Positions 46,855 to 57,657 of a DNA stretch of 64,000 nt are shown here, piece by piece; the stretch's first letter is position 1, and each line of letters starts with the position of its first letter. The DNA comes from an uncultured Planctomycetota bacterium (GTDB lineage: Bacteria > Planctomycetota > Planctomycetia > Pirellulales > Lacipirellulaceae): assembly GCA_963719315.1 (NCBI GenBank), contig CAVRBU010000001.1:1-64000 (forward strand), read 5' to 3'. The notes below the pieces were generated by a model. That model saw only the letters and a program-made list of their open reading frames with translations. It was not told the DNA's origin and made no database searches. The position numbers were made by a program, and so were the translations under genes.

Positions 46855-47252
46855 TGCGCCTGGCTACTGCGATTGCAATCGCCGGATTGTCGCTGACCGC
46901 TGGCTGCGGCAAGTCGGACTGGGGCTACTTGAAAGGCACGGTTTTGCTCAACGGGCAGCCGGTCGGACCCGGCATGATTTCATTAGAACCCACCGACGGC
47001 GTGCGGGCCGGTGCGATGGCCGTCGTTGGCGAGGACGGCAAATACTCGGTGATCAGTTCCGGCCGAAAGGACGGTGCCCATACCGGGGAGTACAAAGTGA
47101 CCATCCAAGGCGGCGAAGACTTCGGTGAGGAGAATTCCGGGCCCCGCCCCAAAAGTAACATCCCCGCGCGGTATGCGAATTCGGCGACCTCGGATCTTAC
47201 GGTGACCATCGAGCCGGGTGCGAAAGACTACGATTTCCAACTGAAACCGTAA
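46854..47252 (+). CDS. Lipoprotein partner of DUF1559 (carboxypeptidase regulatory-like fold)
   Basis: Lipobox LTAGC, GTVLLNGQP, GEYKVTI, IPARY. Confidence 0.85.
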   Translation: MRLATAIAIAGLSLTAGCGKSDWGYLKGTVLLNGQPVGPGMISLEPTDGVRAGAMAVVGEDGKYSVISSGRKDGAHTGEYKVTIQGGEDFGEENSGPRPKSNIPARYANSATSDLTVTIEPGAKDYDFQLKP

Positions 47253-47330
47253 CAACGATTCAGCGATTCACGACGGCGAATGATTTCTGTTCCTGTTCAA
47301 CAACAACGATCGCGATAAAGGATATCCACC

Positions 47331-50300
47331 ATGTTAGTTTCACGCACCCGACGTTCTCGCGGCTTTCTTGCGATCTACCTCATTGGCGGCTCACTCGTCG
47401 CATTTGCATCCTTAGCCAGTGACGCTTTCGCTCAGACTCTCGTCGGAAACCCGTTCATCACTCCGGACACAGGTTGGGTCGATGCGTTCCCGACTACGCG
47501 GGCCGGCAATTGGCGGCTGAGTTTGCACAATCCGACGTTGATGGACACCAACAACGCCAACCCGCCCACGTCGGGGGCCACCACCAATGACGGAACGTAT
47601 GAGCCTGACGTCATGTTCCAGAATAACTTTCTGACGCCCGCCAACTACGAATACACCGTTGCGATGCGCCAAAACGACGATGACATCATCGGGCTGGTGT
47701 GGAATTATCAAGACCCGAACAATTACTTTCGCGTCGGCATACGGCAACAGGCCGCAGGGTCCTTTGGCGGTACGGAGGGGCTCTCGGTGCAAAAAATTGT
47801 GAATGGCACGCTGACACAGTTGATCCCCTCGGTCATCGGCCCCGGACCCGCATCGCCGATTACGCAAACAATGATCGATAACCGGGATCCGATTACCATG
47901 AAAGTAGCGGTCACCGGGAGCAATTACGAGATCTTCTTTAACAACGTCTCCGTAGGCAGCGGCACCGATGCTGCCTTGGTCGCCGGTCGCAAAGTGGGCG
48001 TCCAATCGTGGGCGGAGCAAGCCGACGTATCCACCGTTACGCCGTATTGGGGAGCCGAATTCGAGTCGGCCACCGTGACCCAAGGCGCGAACACGCTGTT
48101 CACCCAGACGTTCGACAGCCGGCCGGTGAAGTGGCGGCAGTTGGTGATGTCCAACACGGACGGGGTCAATGGATTGACGGTGGGCGACAGCCACGAAGTC
48201 CTTGGTAATTTTGGCAACACGGTCGGCCATTCATGGATTCATCAGCAGTCCAATGGATTTCAGTACGCCACGGCAACGACGCCCAATGTGGACTTTATTG
48301 GGCCGGCGGTCGTTGTGGACGAAGCGGGCAGCGCCGCATTTACGAATTATGAAATGCGAGCTCGTTTGGGGGCTGTCGATAATGACGGAATCGGCGTCTT
48401 GGTGCGTGTTCAGGATGACAACAATTTCTATCGCATCAATTTCGTGAATGAAGGTGACGCAGGCGGAGCGATCCGCGCGCGTCCGGGATGTCGGTCCAAA
48501 AGGTCCGCAACGGCGTGTGGACCGAAGTTTATCGGGAAACCGGCACGCCGCTGTTTACATATACGCCCGGTGCCGGCAACCCGGATTCACCCGGCTTTCC
48601 CATGTTCGACCTGAAGGTCGGCACCGTGGGCGATACTTTGAAAATCCAAGTCAAAGATCAAAACGGCAACATTATCAATTATCCGCTCATTACCGATAGC
48701 ACCAATCCGATTCTCAGCGGTTCGGTCGGTCTCACCACCTGGGGCACGACGGACGTGTTCTACCAGGGCTATGGCGGCCTGGATACTCCGCTGCTGCGGA
48801 CGCTGACATCGCTCAAAAACGTCGACGTGGTCATCGACCGCGCCACGGGCAACATGACGATCGCGAACAATGACCCCGCGTCGGTAGGCATCAAGGGTGT
48901 CACGCTGCTGTCCGCGGGGGGTGGGTTGCTGTCCGGCACGTGGAAGTCCATTGCGAACAACTACGATCGTCCGTCCGCCCCCACGCCCGGCAACGGGTCG
49001 GTCGATCCAGATGACGCCTGGACGATCACTTCGTCCACGGTGTTTAATCTCAGCGAGGCCGAGCAATCGGGCAACGGCGGCTCGATCGGGGCAACTGGGA
49101 CCGTCGACCTCGGCAGCGCTTGGAAAAAATCCCGCATTGAAGACGTCGTTGCCGATTTGGCCCTCGCCGATGGCAGTACGATTTCGATGGATGTGGTTTT
49201 CACGGGCACTCCGTGGGCTCGTAGCGATCTTAACACGGACGGTTCTGTCAACGCTAGCGATTGGCCGCTGTTCTATCCCAACATGCTCTCCAATCTGAGT
49301 TCGCTCACGACTGTCGAAAAGGCTCTTCACGGCGACCTCGATGGCGATGGCGATAACAATGTCGACGATTTCGTGATCTTCAAGGCCGATTATGACCTGG
49401 TGAACGGCGCCGGCGCCTTCGTGGCCATGCTCAATGCGGTCCCGGAGCCAACTTCGTTCGCCTTGTTGATTCTTGGTGCGTGCGGCGCGGTGGTGTTCCG
49501 CCGCCGTCGGGCGAGCCAATTGTTGACGGTCGTGCTTGGCGCGTCGGCAGTGCTGGCCGTCAACGGTACGGCATCAGCCGTTGGGGTGGATTTGACAACC
49601 TATACCGTCGAAAACTACCCGATCGCTTCAGGTTTTCCAGCGGCCGTATGGAACATTACGCCCACGTCGGCCACGAATCAGAGCAACGCCGACGCCAGCG
49701 TCGTGTACGCTCCGGATAGCGCCCTCAACAAGCGATACATTGGCTTGCTCAAGCCGGGCACCGACGACGACGTAGTCGGCTTTGTGCTGGGCTTTAATCC
49801 GGGCGACGCCCAAATCGGCTCCACCGCCGACTACGTACTCATCGATTGGAAAGGGGCGACCCAAGATTTCGATTTCTCGGATGGGGATCCGTTCAACTTC
49901 CATCACGATCAGACGGGCAGTGGCACCATGCCGGTCGGTTTGGCTTTGTCGCGGGTCACGGGCAGTCCCACGGCCGACGAGTTGTGGCAACACGTCAACA
50001 GCGTCGATAATTCCACGGGCGGCGTGGCCGAACTCGCCCGCGGTGCTACGCTGGGCTCCGCGGCGTACAATCGCGCGAATGGATTTCACTTGTTCGATAT
50101 CAGCTACACGGCAACAAACGTCAAAGTAAGCGTCGACGGTGTCGAACAGTTCAACCAGAACGGATCGTTCGTAGACGGGCGGTTCGGGCTGTATTCGGCC
50201 TGGCAAGGCCCGCCGCCGACGTTCTCCAATTTCGAAGTAGTGTCCGCCACGGGTTTCGACGGACTTTCGGCGACAGTGGACCAGGGCACCGGCGAAATCA

Positions 50301-50929
50301 TGTTGAAAAACGCGGGCACGGCGCCTGTGGACTTGGACTACTATCAGTTCAATAGCGCCGCCGGTTCGCTCAAGTTTAGCAGTTGGAATAGCCTCAGCGA
50401 CCAAAACTTCCAATCGGTCGGCGGCGGCCCGGGCCAGAGTTGGGATGAAGCCGGCGGATCCAGTGATTCGGCCCTGGCGGAAGTGTACTTGCTAGATCAC
50501 CCGGCCTTGGCGGGCGGCGCTTCGGTGAGCATCGGCAATGCCTATAAGCTCAACGCGCCGCACGATCTCACATTGTCCTATCGCCTCCTTTCGGGCCTGG
50601 TCGTGCCGGGGACGATCACGTACATCGGCGTGGCCCCCGGCGTCCCCGGCGATTACAACGGGAATGGCGTCGTGGACGCTGCCGATTACGTCGTCTTTCG
50701 CAACAACCTGGGCACGGCGTTTCAGCTTCAAAATGAGGTCTCGGGCGTCACGCCGGGACAGGTCACGCAAGAAGACTATGCCGCCTGGCGGGCGCGATTC
50801 GGAAATACATCCGGCAGTGGTTCCTCGCTCGATGGTGGCCAGAGCGTACCCGAGCCCTCATTGATCGGCTTAGTGCTTTGCATCGGGTTGCTCCTGTCCG
50901 TCCGCCGCGCGAGCCCGCAACATAGTTGA
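47331..50929 (+). CDS. Large surface protein, three DDD-G lectin-like domains, dockerin-like motifs, two PEP-CTERM signals (indel near 48480)
   Basis: Paralog of 42687-44246; [16 protein letters not shown]; internal [20 protein letters not shown]; terminal VPEPS. Confidence 0.85.
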
Positions 50930-50981
50930 GCTTTCTGCGCCAGGGGACGGGCGTTGTATTGCTCGAGAAGAGGAATGTGCT

Positions 50982-53461
50982 GTGGAATTGAAGCGAATCG
51001 GTTTTGTGTTGGCGTTCTTGATGGCCGCCGTCCCCCGGGCGGAAGTCGCATTGGGATGCTCCTGGTGCGGCTGCTGCAGAATCGATCCATACACCGATCC
51101 CATCGACCCCTATGTCGGCGGCGTCCATCCGCTCGTATCGGGCTTCTACGAAGTTGGGCAGAGAGCGGCCGCGCCCGGCGGAAGCGGGTCTGCGGTAATC
51201 CCGATCGATCCAGGTTCCTGGTCCTTGGTCGTCATGCCGGATACCCAAATCTACTCTCAAGATTATCCGGGGATTTACACCGCACAGACGCAATGGATTA
51301 AGGACAACGCGGCCGCGCTCAACATCAAATACGCGCTCCACGAGGGCGATGTCGTCAACGTCGCCGCCGATACGACGCAATGGGCCAACTCGCGCACTTC
51401 AATGGATGTGCTGAATGGCTTTGTGCCCTACGCGATCGCTCCCGGCAATCACGACTACGGCGGCCAGGGGCAGAATCGCACCACGCTCTTCGATAACGGG
51501 GTCGCGGGACAAAACTATTATGGCGTTGGCTCGCCGTATGCCGCGCAGCCATCCATCGGCGGGTTCTACACGGGCGACGGGCCCGGCAAGACCGACAATT
51601 CCTGGCATACGTTTTCCGCGAACGGAGAGAATTGGCTCGTTGTGGCCCTGGAGTGGGGTCCCCGCGATGCCGTCGTGCAATGGGCCGATCAGGTCGTTAC
51701 CGATCATCCGGATTACAACACGATCCTCGTCACGCATGCGTACATGTATTACGACGACACGATCTACGATTGGGCCACGAAAGGTTCCAGTCAAAGCTGG
51801 AATCCACACTCCTACGGTATCCAGAACCTGCCCGGCGGCGTGAACGACGGCCAGGAGCTATGGGACAAGCTCGTCAAGAAGCACGAGAATATGAAATTCG
51901 TGTTCAATGGCCACGTCTTGGGTGACGGCACCGGCAAGCGGGCCACGTTGGGCGACAACGGCAATGTCGTGCATCAGATATTGGCCAACTACCAGTTCAA
52001 CGTTCAAGGCGGCCAGGGTGATATGCGCGTGTTGGAGTTCAAGCCCGATGGCGAGACGGTCGTCGTGCGCACGTATTCACCGGTGCTCGACCGATACAAC
52101 ACGGCCGCCGACCAGGAGTTTACGCTGAATTTGAATCAGATTCCGCCGCCGCCGCCGCCGATCGGGCATGCGGTTGCCGGAAATCTAGTCGCGGCTGGGG
52201 AGACCGATCCGATTTCCAATACTTACAACTCGGTAACCGTTCCGGAATCGTCGGCTCCCGGCGTCGGCACCGGTCAACTCAACCGCGGCGACTTCCAGCC
52301 GACCATCGGCGGCGCGAATGTTACATATAATCAGGGCATCATGCTCGCGTCCATCAGCGAGCACGAGCGCTCCGATTTTACGTACTCGCCAGGCGTCTAT
52401 CGCCGCGCAACGGTCGAAGTCGGTCGCAATTCGTATGGGGATGGCAATCTGTCGCTTTCCCTCATGGAGGCCGGCGGGAATCCGGTGGTCTCGCTGAACG
52501 AAGTGAATTTCAACACTTCGATTGCCTGGTTTCCGTTCGACTCTGGATTCCGCGGCGCTCACGTCAATGGCGATGGTTCCCTTGTTCCAACGGCATTCAA
52601 CGGTGTCGCCCAGTCAATGGTCACGCGGACGAATACCGGACGTTACACGGTTGATCTAGGAGTCAACTCGCAAACCGACGGCATGCTTTTCACCGTTGGC
52701 AACAACAACGAAAATATCATCGTGCAGACGGGGCCGGCGGTCAACGGCGCGTATTGGGACGTTCGGGTTGAGCCGAACTCCGTCAATCATGCCGCAACCG
52801 GCGCCGACAAAGCTTGGAGCTTCGTGTACTTGGATTACAAAACGCCCGGCCTGATCGGCGGATATTACGACGGATTTACCGATACGAACCTTCATTCCGT
52901 TGGCGATTTCACAATGACGCGCAATGCGACCGGGCAATACCAACTGACCGTGCCAGGCGAAAGTCCGCAGACCGGCATGTTGATCTTGTCGGTCGCTTAT
53001 GAGGCCAGCGCCTCGGGAGTTACGGCGCCGGACGACAATTTCCTCACGTATGCGTCGGGGGCGGGCGACACATTTACAATCGATTCCTTCGATCTTCCGA
53101 CGTTGGACAACGCCGCCTCTGGGTTCCAAGACACGAAATTCGTCTGGGCATTCATCAGCTTTACCGATCCTCTCTCTCCTTATGTTATGCCGGGCGACTA
53201 CAACCGCGATGCACTCGTTGACGACTACGACTATCAAGTGTGGCGTCACGCATTCGGGCAGACGACTGGCTGGATGCCCGCCGATGGAAACGGCGACGGC
53301 GTCGTTGACACCGCGGACTACGTTCTGTGGAGAATGAATCGCACCGGCGGCTCGGGAGTCGGCGAAGCGGCGGTCGTCCCCGAGCCGTGTTGGCGTCTCT
53401 GCTTGTATCGCTCGTGCTGCTCGGGCTTTCCGCTATCCGCTATCGACCCGGTGCTATTTGA
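50982..53461 (+). CDS. Calcineurin-like metallophosphoesterase with dockerin-like motif and PEP-CTERM (indel near 53388)
   Basis: PDTQ, GDVV, GNHD, THAY, NGHV; repaired tail [24 protein letters not shown]. Confidence 0.85.
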
Positions 53462-53550
53462 TGTATTCTCGTCTAAGTGCAATAGAGCTCGGCGTTTCAA
53501 GCTGATCTACAGTTTCCCGCCGGCAATCTACTCGTCGAGGACGAACGACT

Positions 53551-54379
53551 ATGAGCACAGGGCCCAGAGCCGCTTCAATACATGTGCGCGTGGCCTTCCT
53601 TGGATTCCTGTTGGCCCCTCTCCTTTGCATTTCGAGTCCGTGTCTGGCCCACCAAAAATGGCTTTGGCCGAATCGCTTTGTCGCCGAAAAGCCCCCAGTT
53701 TGGATCAGCTTCGATGTCACCTGGAGCGATCGGCCGTTCGAGGCCGATGAAGGCGTGCACGACAAGCCGATCACGGTCGTCGACCCGGAGGGCCGCAGTT
53801 CATCGCCCGATCGCACGTTCATCGGCAAAACGAAATCCACTGCCGAATCGGAGCTGACGCAGGAAGGCACCTACCGCTTGGAGTCGGTCGATCCTTTGGC
53901 CTATTGGACCCAGATCGAAAAGAAAGGCCGGCCGCAATGGCTCAAGAAATCCAAGGGTGAAGTGACCGATACGGAAATAACGCGATCCGATTTGTATTGG
54001 AGCAAGGCGCTGGCTTACGTAACGATCGGAAAGGTCACGTCGCTGCCGCCGCAACTCGACGCGGATCCGCTTTCGATCGTGCCGGCGACCCATCCGAACG
54101 ACATCGCGGCCGGCAAGCCGGTGGAGTTCAGAGGTATTGTCGTATGGGAAGCCCGTCGAGCACGCGGAACTAAAAGTGTTTGATTCCAAGGCGAACGGCG
54201 ACGATCCGACGAAGACGATCAAATGTGACGAGCACGGCGTCGGCAAATTGGAATTCGAAACGCCCGGTAAGTATCTGGTTGCCTGCCAATTGGAACGCGA
54301 AGTCAAAGATGATCCCAAGGCGGATATCCATTCTTTCAACGTCTATCTCACGCTGATGGTGCAGCCGGAAAGGGATTGA
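53551..54379 (+). CDS. DUF4198 family secreted protein (indel near 54133)
   Basis: AHQKWLWP after signal peptide, LSIVP..HP, YGKP, DEHG. Confidence 0.75.
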
Positions 54380-54384
54380 ATAAA

Positions 54385-54518
54385 CTAGTGCTTTGTCACA
54401 GCTAAAAATTGGGGTTGGGCGCATCAGCCGCAGGGCGCTAGCCCCCGGTTTGTGCCGCTCCAACCGGGGGCTAGCGCCCTGCGGCTAATCCCAAAATCAA
54501 GCTGTGACAAAGCACTAG
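54385..54518. mobile_element. 134-bp MITE-like element enclosing a 25-bp perfect palindrome
   Basis: 19-bp TIR CTAGTGCTTTGTCACAGCT / AGCTGTGACAAAGCACTAG; inner arms 54426-54450 / 54462-54486. Confidence 0.8.
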
Positions 54519-54554
54519 ATTGTTTGGTGCTTGGTTTATACCGTCAGAGAACAT

Positions 54555-55733
54555 CTATATCCGTATGAAAATCTTGCGGCGATAGAGGTGGTACAGAATT
54601 AGCCACCAGATCATCACGGTCGCAAACGCCAGCAGAAACGGCTCGCCCGGCCCCAGGTGAGCCGCCAATCCGCCGAAGACGTTTTTGGCAATGGTTGAAA
54701 ATGGGATGAAGTCCCAGGCAACATAAATCGCGATCGCGTTCATGCCGACCACAACGAAGGGAAAAGCCCAGCGGCGGAAGCCCAGCGCATCGATCACCAA
54801 GTAGAAGAGTGCGAGCAGCAAATAGCTCCATCCGCCCGCCCACAGCACCATCGAGCTCGTCCAAATGTGCTTGATGATGGGAAAGTCGAGCCATTCGGCC
54901 CAGGCCCATCCGGCGCCTAGGCACGCAACTCCCAGCAGAGCGAGCGCCAGCACTCTGCTCCACGGCGACAAGCGCGACCGCAGCAGGTGCCCGGAAAAAA
55001 CGCCCAGCAGCACCGTGGCTGAAAACGTCATTCCGCTCAGCACCCAAGTGTACGGGGTGCCGTCCCGAAACCGACCCAGCACAAATTCGTCGACCGTCAT
55101 CGCCACGTTGGTACTCGGTTCGAGCACTCCCGTTGCATGTCCGGCAAGTGGAACGAATCTCAGCAACAGCCAATAGCCGACCAGCATCAACGCGGCAAAG
55201 GCGACTTGCGCGATGACGCTCAAATTGAGCATCACCAGCCCCGCGATCAGATAACCGACGGCGATCGCCTGCAACGTGTTTGCGAACACATGCAGCGTGT
55301 CTAATTTGAAATCGAGCAAGTGGCCCTGGCAGGCCATTCCCAACACAAACAGAATCACCGTGCGGCGGAAAATCTTCGCATAGAGTTGCCCTCGCGTTTG
55401 CCCTTCGTCGAGCCGCCGCGAAAACGAAAACGGCATCGCCGCGCCGACCACGAACAAGAACAACGGCATGATCAGGTCCCAGGCGGTGAATCCTTCCCAC
55501 TTCGTGTGCTCGGTTTGATAGCGGAGCCACTCGGGAACGGGCTTCGCAAACATCGCCACGAACGCCAACAACAATTCGCGTCCGCCCACGATCCAGAACA
55601 TATCGAAGCCCCGCAGTGCATCGAGCGAGACAATCCGTTCACCACTCGCGGGCGGCGCATCCGCAGGGTTTGGCAAACGGGTTGATTCATTAGCCGCCGT
55701 GCGATTCGGCATGAGTTTCACATCCTTGGCCAA
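54555..55733 (-). CDS. DUF5009 / HGSNAT-like membrane acyltransferase
   Basis: RIVSLDALRGFDM, WDLIMPLFLF, PIIKHIWTSS, GMNAI. Confidence 0.88.
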   Translation of the reverse strand: MAKDVKLMPNRTAANESTRLPNPADAPPASGERIVSLDALRGFDMFWIVGGRELLLAFVAMFAKPVPEWLRYQTEHTKWEGFTAWDLIMPLFLFVVGAAMPFSFSRRLDEGQTRGQLYAKIFRRTVILFVLGMACQGHLLDFKLDTLHVFANTLQAIAVGYLIAGLVMLNLSVIAQVAFAALMLVGYWLLLRFVPLAGHATGVLEPSTNVAMTVDEFVLGRFRDGTPYTWVLSGMTFSATVLLGVFSGHLLRSRLSPWSRVLALALLGVACLGAGWAWAEWLDFPIIKHIWTSSMVLWAGGWSYLLLALFYLVIDALGFRRWAFPFVVVGMNAIAIYVAWDFIPFSTIAKNVFGGLAAHLGPGEPFLLAFATVMIWWLILYHLYRRKIFIRI

Positions 55734-55916
55734 GTGGAAGAGGCGACGCCGCCTATCCGATTACCGCGCAGTGAATTCGCGTCTTGCCATCGAGCCGATG
55801 AGCCGTCGAATCGAACCGAGATAAGGAATGGCCAATCGCTTCACTGCAAGCCCCAGCGCTCCGTTGCGGCTCTATTATAATCGTCCCCGCACGGCGGCCG
55901 AAAGTCATGCCGGCGT

Positions 55917-56042
55917 CGGGTGGTGTCCTAATTTGCGGCACAACAAGCTTGTAGCACGGACTTCAGTCCGTGATTCTCGTACGGACTGAAATCCGTGTTA
56001 CAAAGCTCCGGTCCGAACGGTGCCAAATTAGGACACCACCCG
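55917..56042. mobile_element. 126-bp MITE-like element enclosing a GTAG REP doublet
   Basis: 19-bp TIR CGGGTGGTGTCCTAATTTG / CAAATTAGGACACCACCCG; inner 55949-55971 / 55981-56003. Confidence 0.8.
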
Positions 56043-56123
56043 GCGTAGCCGTTTCGCGCGATTTGAGGCCTTTGTCAGAGATGACATGCGCGCCGACTGT
56101 TTGCTTACACGTGTAATCGTTAG

Positions 56124-56594
56124 TCAGTCAACCGCACCGCTGTCGCGATCGAAGGCCTCGACATACCAAGTTTGGACTGCGACGCTTTGCTTTCGCATCC
56201 GAGCAATAAGTGTCGTTGCGACGTCGATCACGCCCTGCGTGTATTTCAGGGCCTTCGCTTCATCCGGCTCCAATTTAGGCGCATGCTGCACCAAACGATC
56301 TACGCTCTCACTGAGTTTCTCGCGCTGTTCTTCGATGGCACTATCTTCCGCTTTCAACAACTCGATTCGTGGCAGCAATTCCGGATTCTGTTTTGAGATG
56401 TCGTCGTACTGACGAGGATGCAAATAGGTTACATGAAAATGAATTAGCCTAGCGGCATCCACCCAGGTGCGCTGCAACTCGCCGATCCAGGCGGCAAGAT
56501 CGCCCGACACGATCGGCCTGATCAAACACGTTTCGAATGTGTCCAAAGCGTTTTTGAGTTCCGCTTCAGGATTGCCAATCATTGTAGCGTTCAT
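56124..56594 (-). CDS. Helical hypothetical protein, weakly hemerythrin-like
   Basis: All-alpha pattern, HFH..LH, PELLPRIELLKAE; GAGGA RBS. Confidence 0.6.
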   Translation of the reverse strand: MNATMIGNPEAELKNALDTFETCLIRPIVSGDLAAWIGELQRTWVDAARLIHFHVTYLHPRQYDDISKQNPELLPRIELLKAEDSAIEEQREKLSESVDRLVQHAPKLEPDEAKALKYTQGVIDVATTLIARMRKQSVAVQTWYVEAFDRDSGAVD

Positions 56595-56751
56595 AATCGA
56601 CTAGCTTCCTCTTGATGTCGCGAGGTCGTAGGAGCAGGTATTCCCAGCGCGGCCTACGGCCGCAACCAAATCCATATTGCCACGAAGAAAACCCGCGGAA
56701 GGCAAAGTGCAACCTGATCCTTGATTCTACAGCTCCTGCCAGAATGCATTA

Positions 56752-56832
56752 AACCGCCAAGTCCGCCAAGATCGCCAAGAGAATTCATCGTCGTTCGTTG
56801 CTTGACTTGGCGTCCTTGGCGACTTGGCGGTT
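56752..56832. repeat. Inverted repeat of CGCCAAG units (half copy also at 35213-35241)
   Basis: AACCGCCAAGTCCGCCAAGATCGCCAAG ... CTTGGCGTCCTTGGCGACTTGGCGGTT. Confidence 0.8.
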
Positions 56833-57024
56833 CGAATCGATCGGGTTGTTTGTTTGTTGTGTCTTTGTGATGCTTGTGGCTTTCTGAAAAAGGTTGAGCA
56901 GGGTGCGCAGTTTAGAAACGTTAGTAGCATGGATTGCTCCATTGTCCAAGAGGCCACGTCATGGGGACGCTGGAGAGATTCGACCTGAAACAACGTCCAC
57001 CATTAAGCCCACATAGGGCAGTCT

Positions 57025-57040
57025 CGCAAAGAGCGTGCCA
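57025..57040 (-). promoter_or_regulatory. sigma54 -24/-12 promoter
   Basis: TGGCACGCTCTTTGCG, full consensus. Confidence 0.75.
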
Positions 57041-57657
57041 TCGTCATCCCGGCGACGCTTCAGCAATTGATACTGGAGCATATTAATCCGTACTGGTCAC
57101 TAAACGACCAGGTTCTTCACGGAGGAGGCAGTTGGCTTGCCACATTGGTCGCAACTTTGCCCAATTTCCAAGTCGATCCATTGGCGCGAAAAATGCGGTG
57201 CAAGCGATCCGCGGAGGATTGGTGGTGCGACCGTAGGGCGGATCGGCGAGTTGAGAGAGCGAAACATCGCCATTTCCCCGGACCCTCGAGTTGCACCAAT
57301 CGAGGGCAAGAATCGCGAATCGTCGCGCCGTGAATAATTGACGGGCTTCGCCATCGCGCGGCGAAGTTCGTGCCTATGAAATAACAATTGTGAGTAGGTG
57401 CAGTTCGACAAGCGATGTACGATCTAGTCCATCGCTGCGACCCACGGTCCGCACCCACGATGTTCAGTGTGCGTAAGTCTATTGCAGGCGATTCGGCAAA
57501 AACTCTTGAACTCGGCCCATCTGCCGCAGCACGACAAATTACCGGTGATATTGCGACCCGCAAACGCACTCATCCAGGTTGACCTCGAAACTGGTATAAT
57601 AGGAGTAACCCGCTAGCGCTTGCGCAAGAATTGATTCGGCCCGGCGTTAGTTTCGAC

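Noticed and set aside
53462..53750. C-terminal extension of the 922-aa ORF overlapping DUF4198
   Set aside because: Artifact of an indel just after VPEP; the repaired frame gives a normal TM tail ending at 53461
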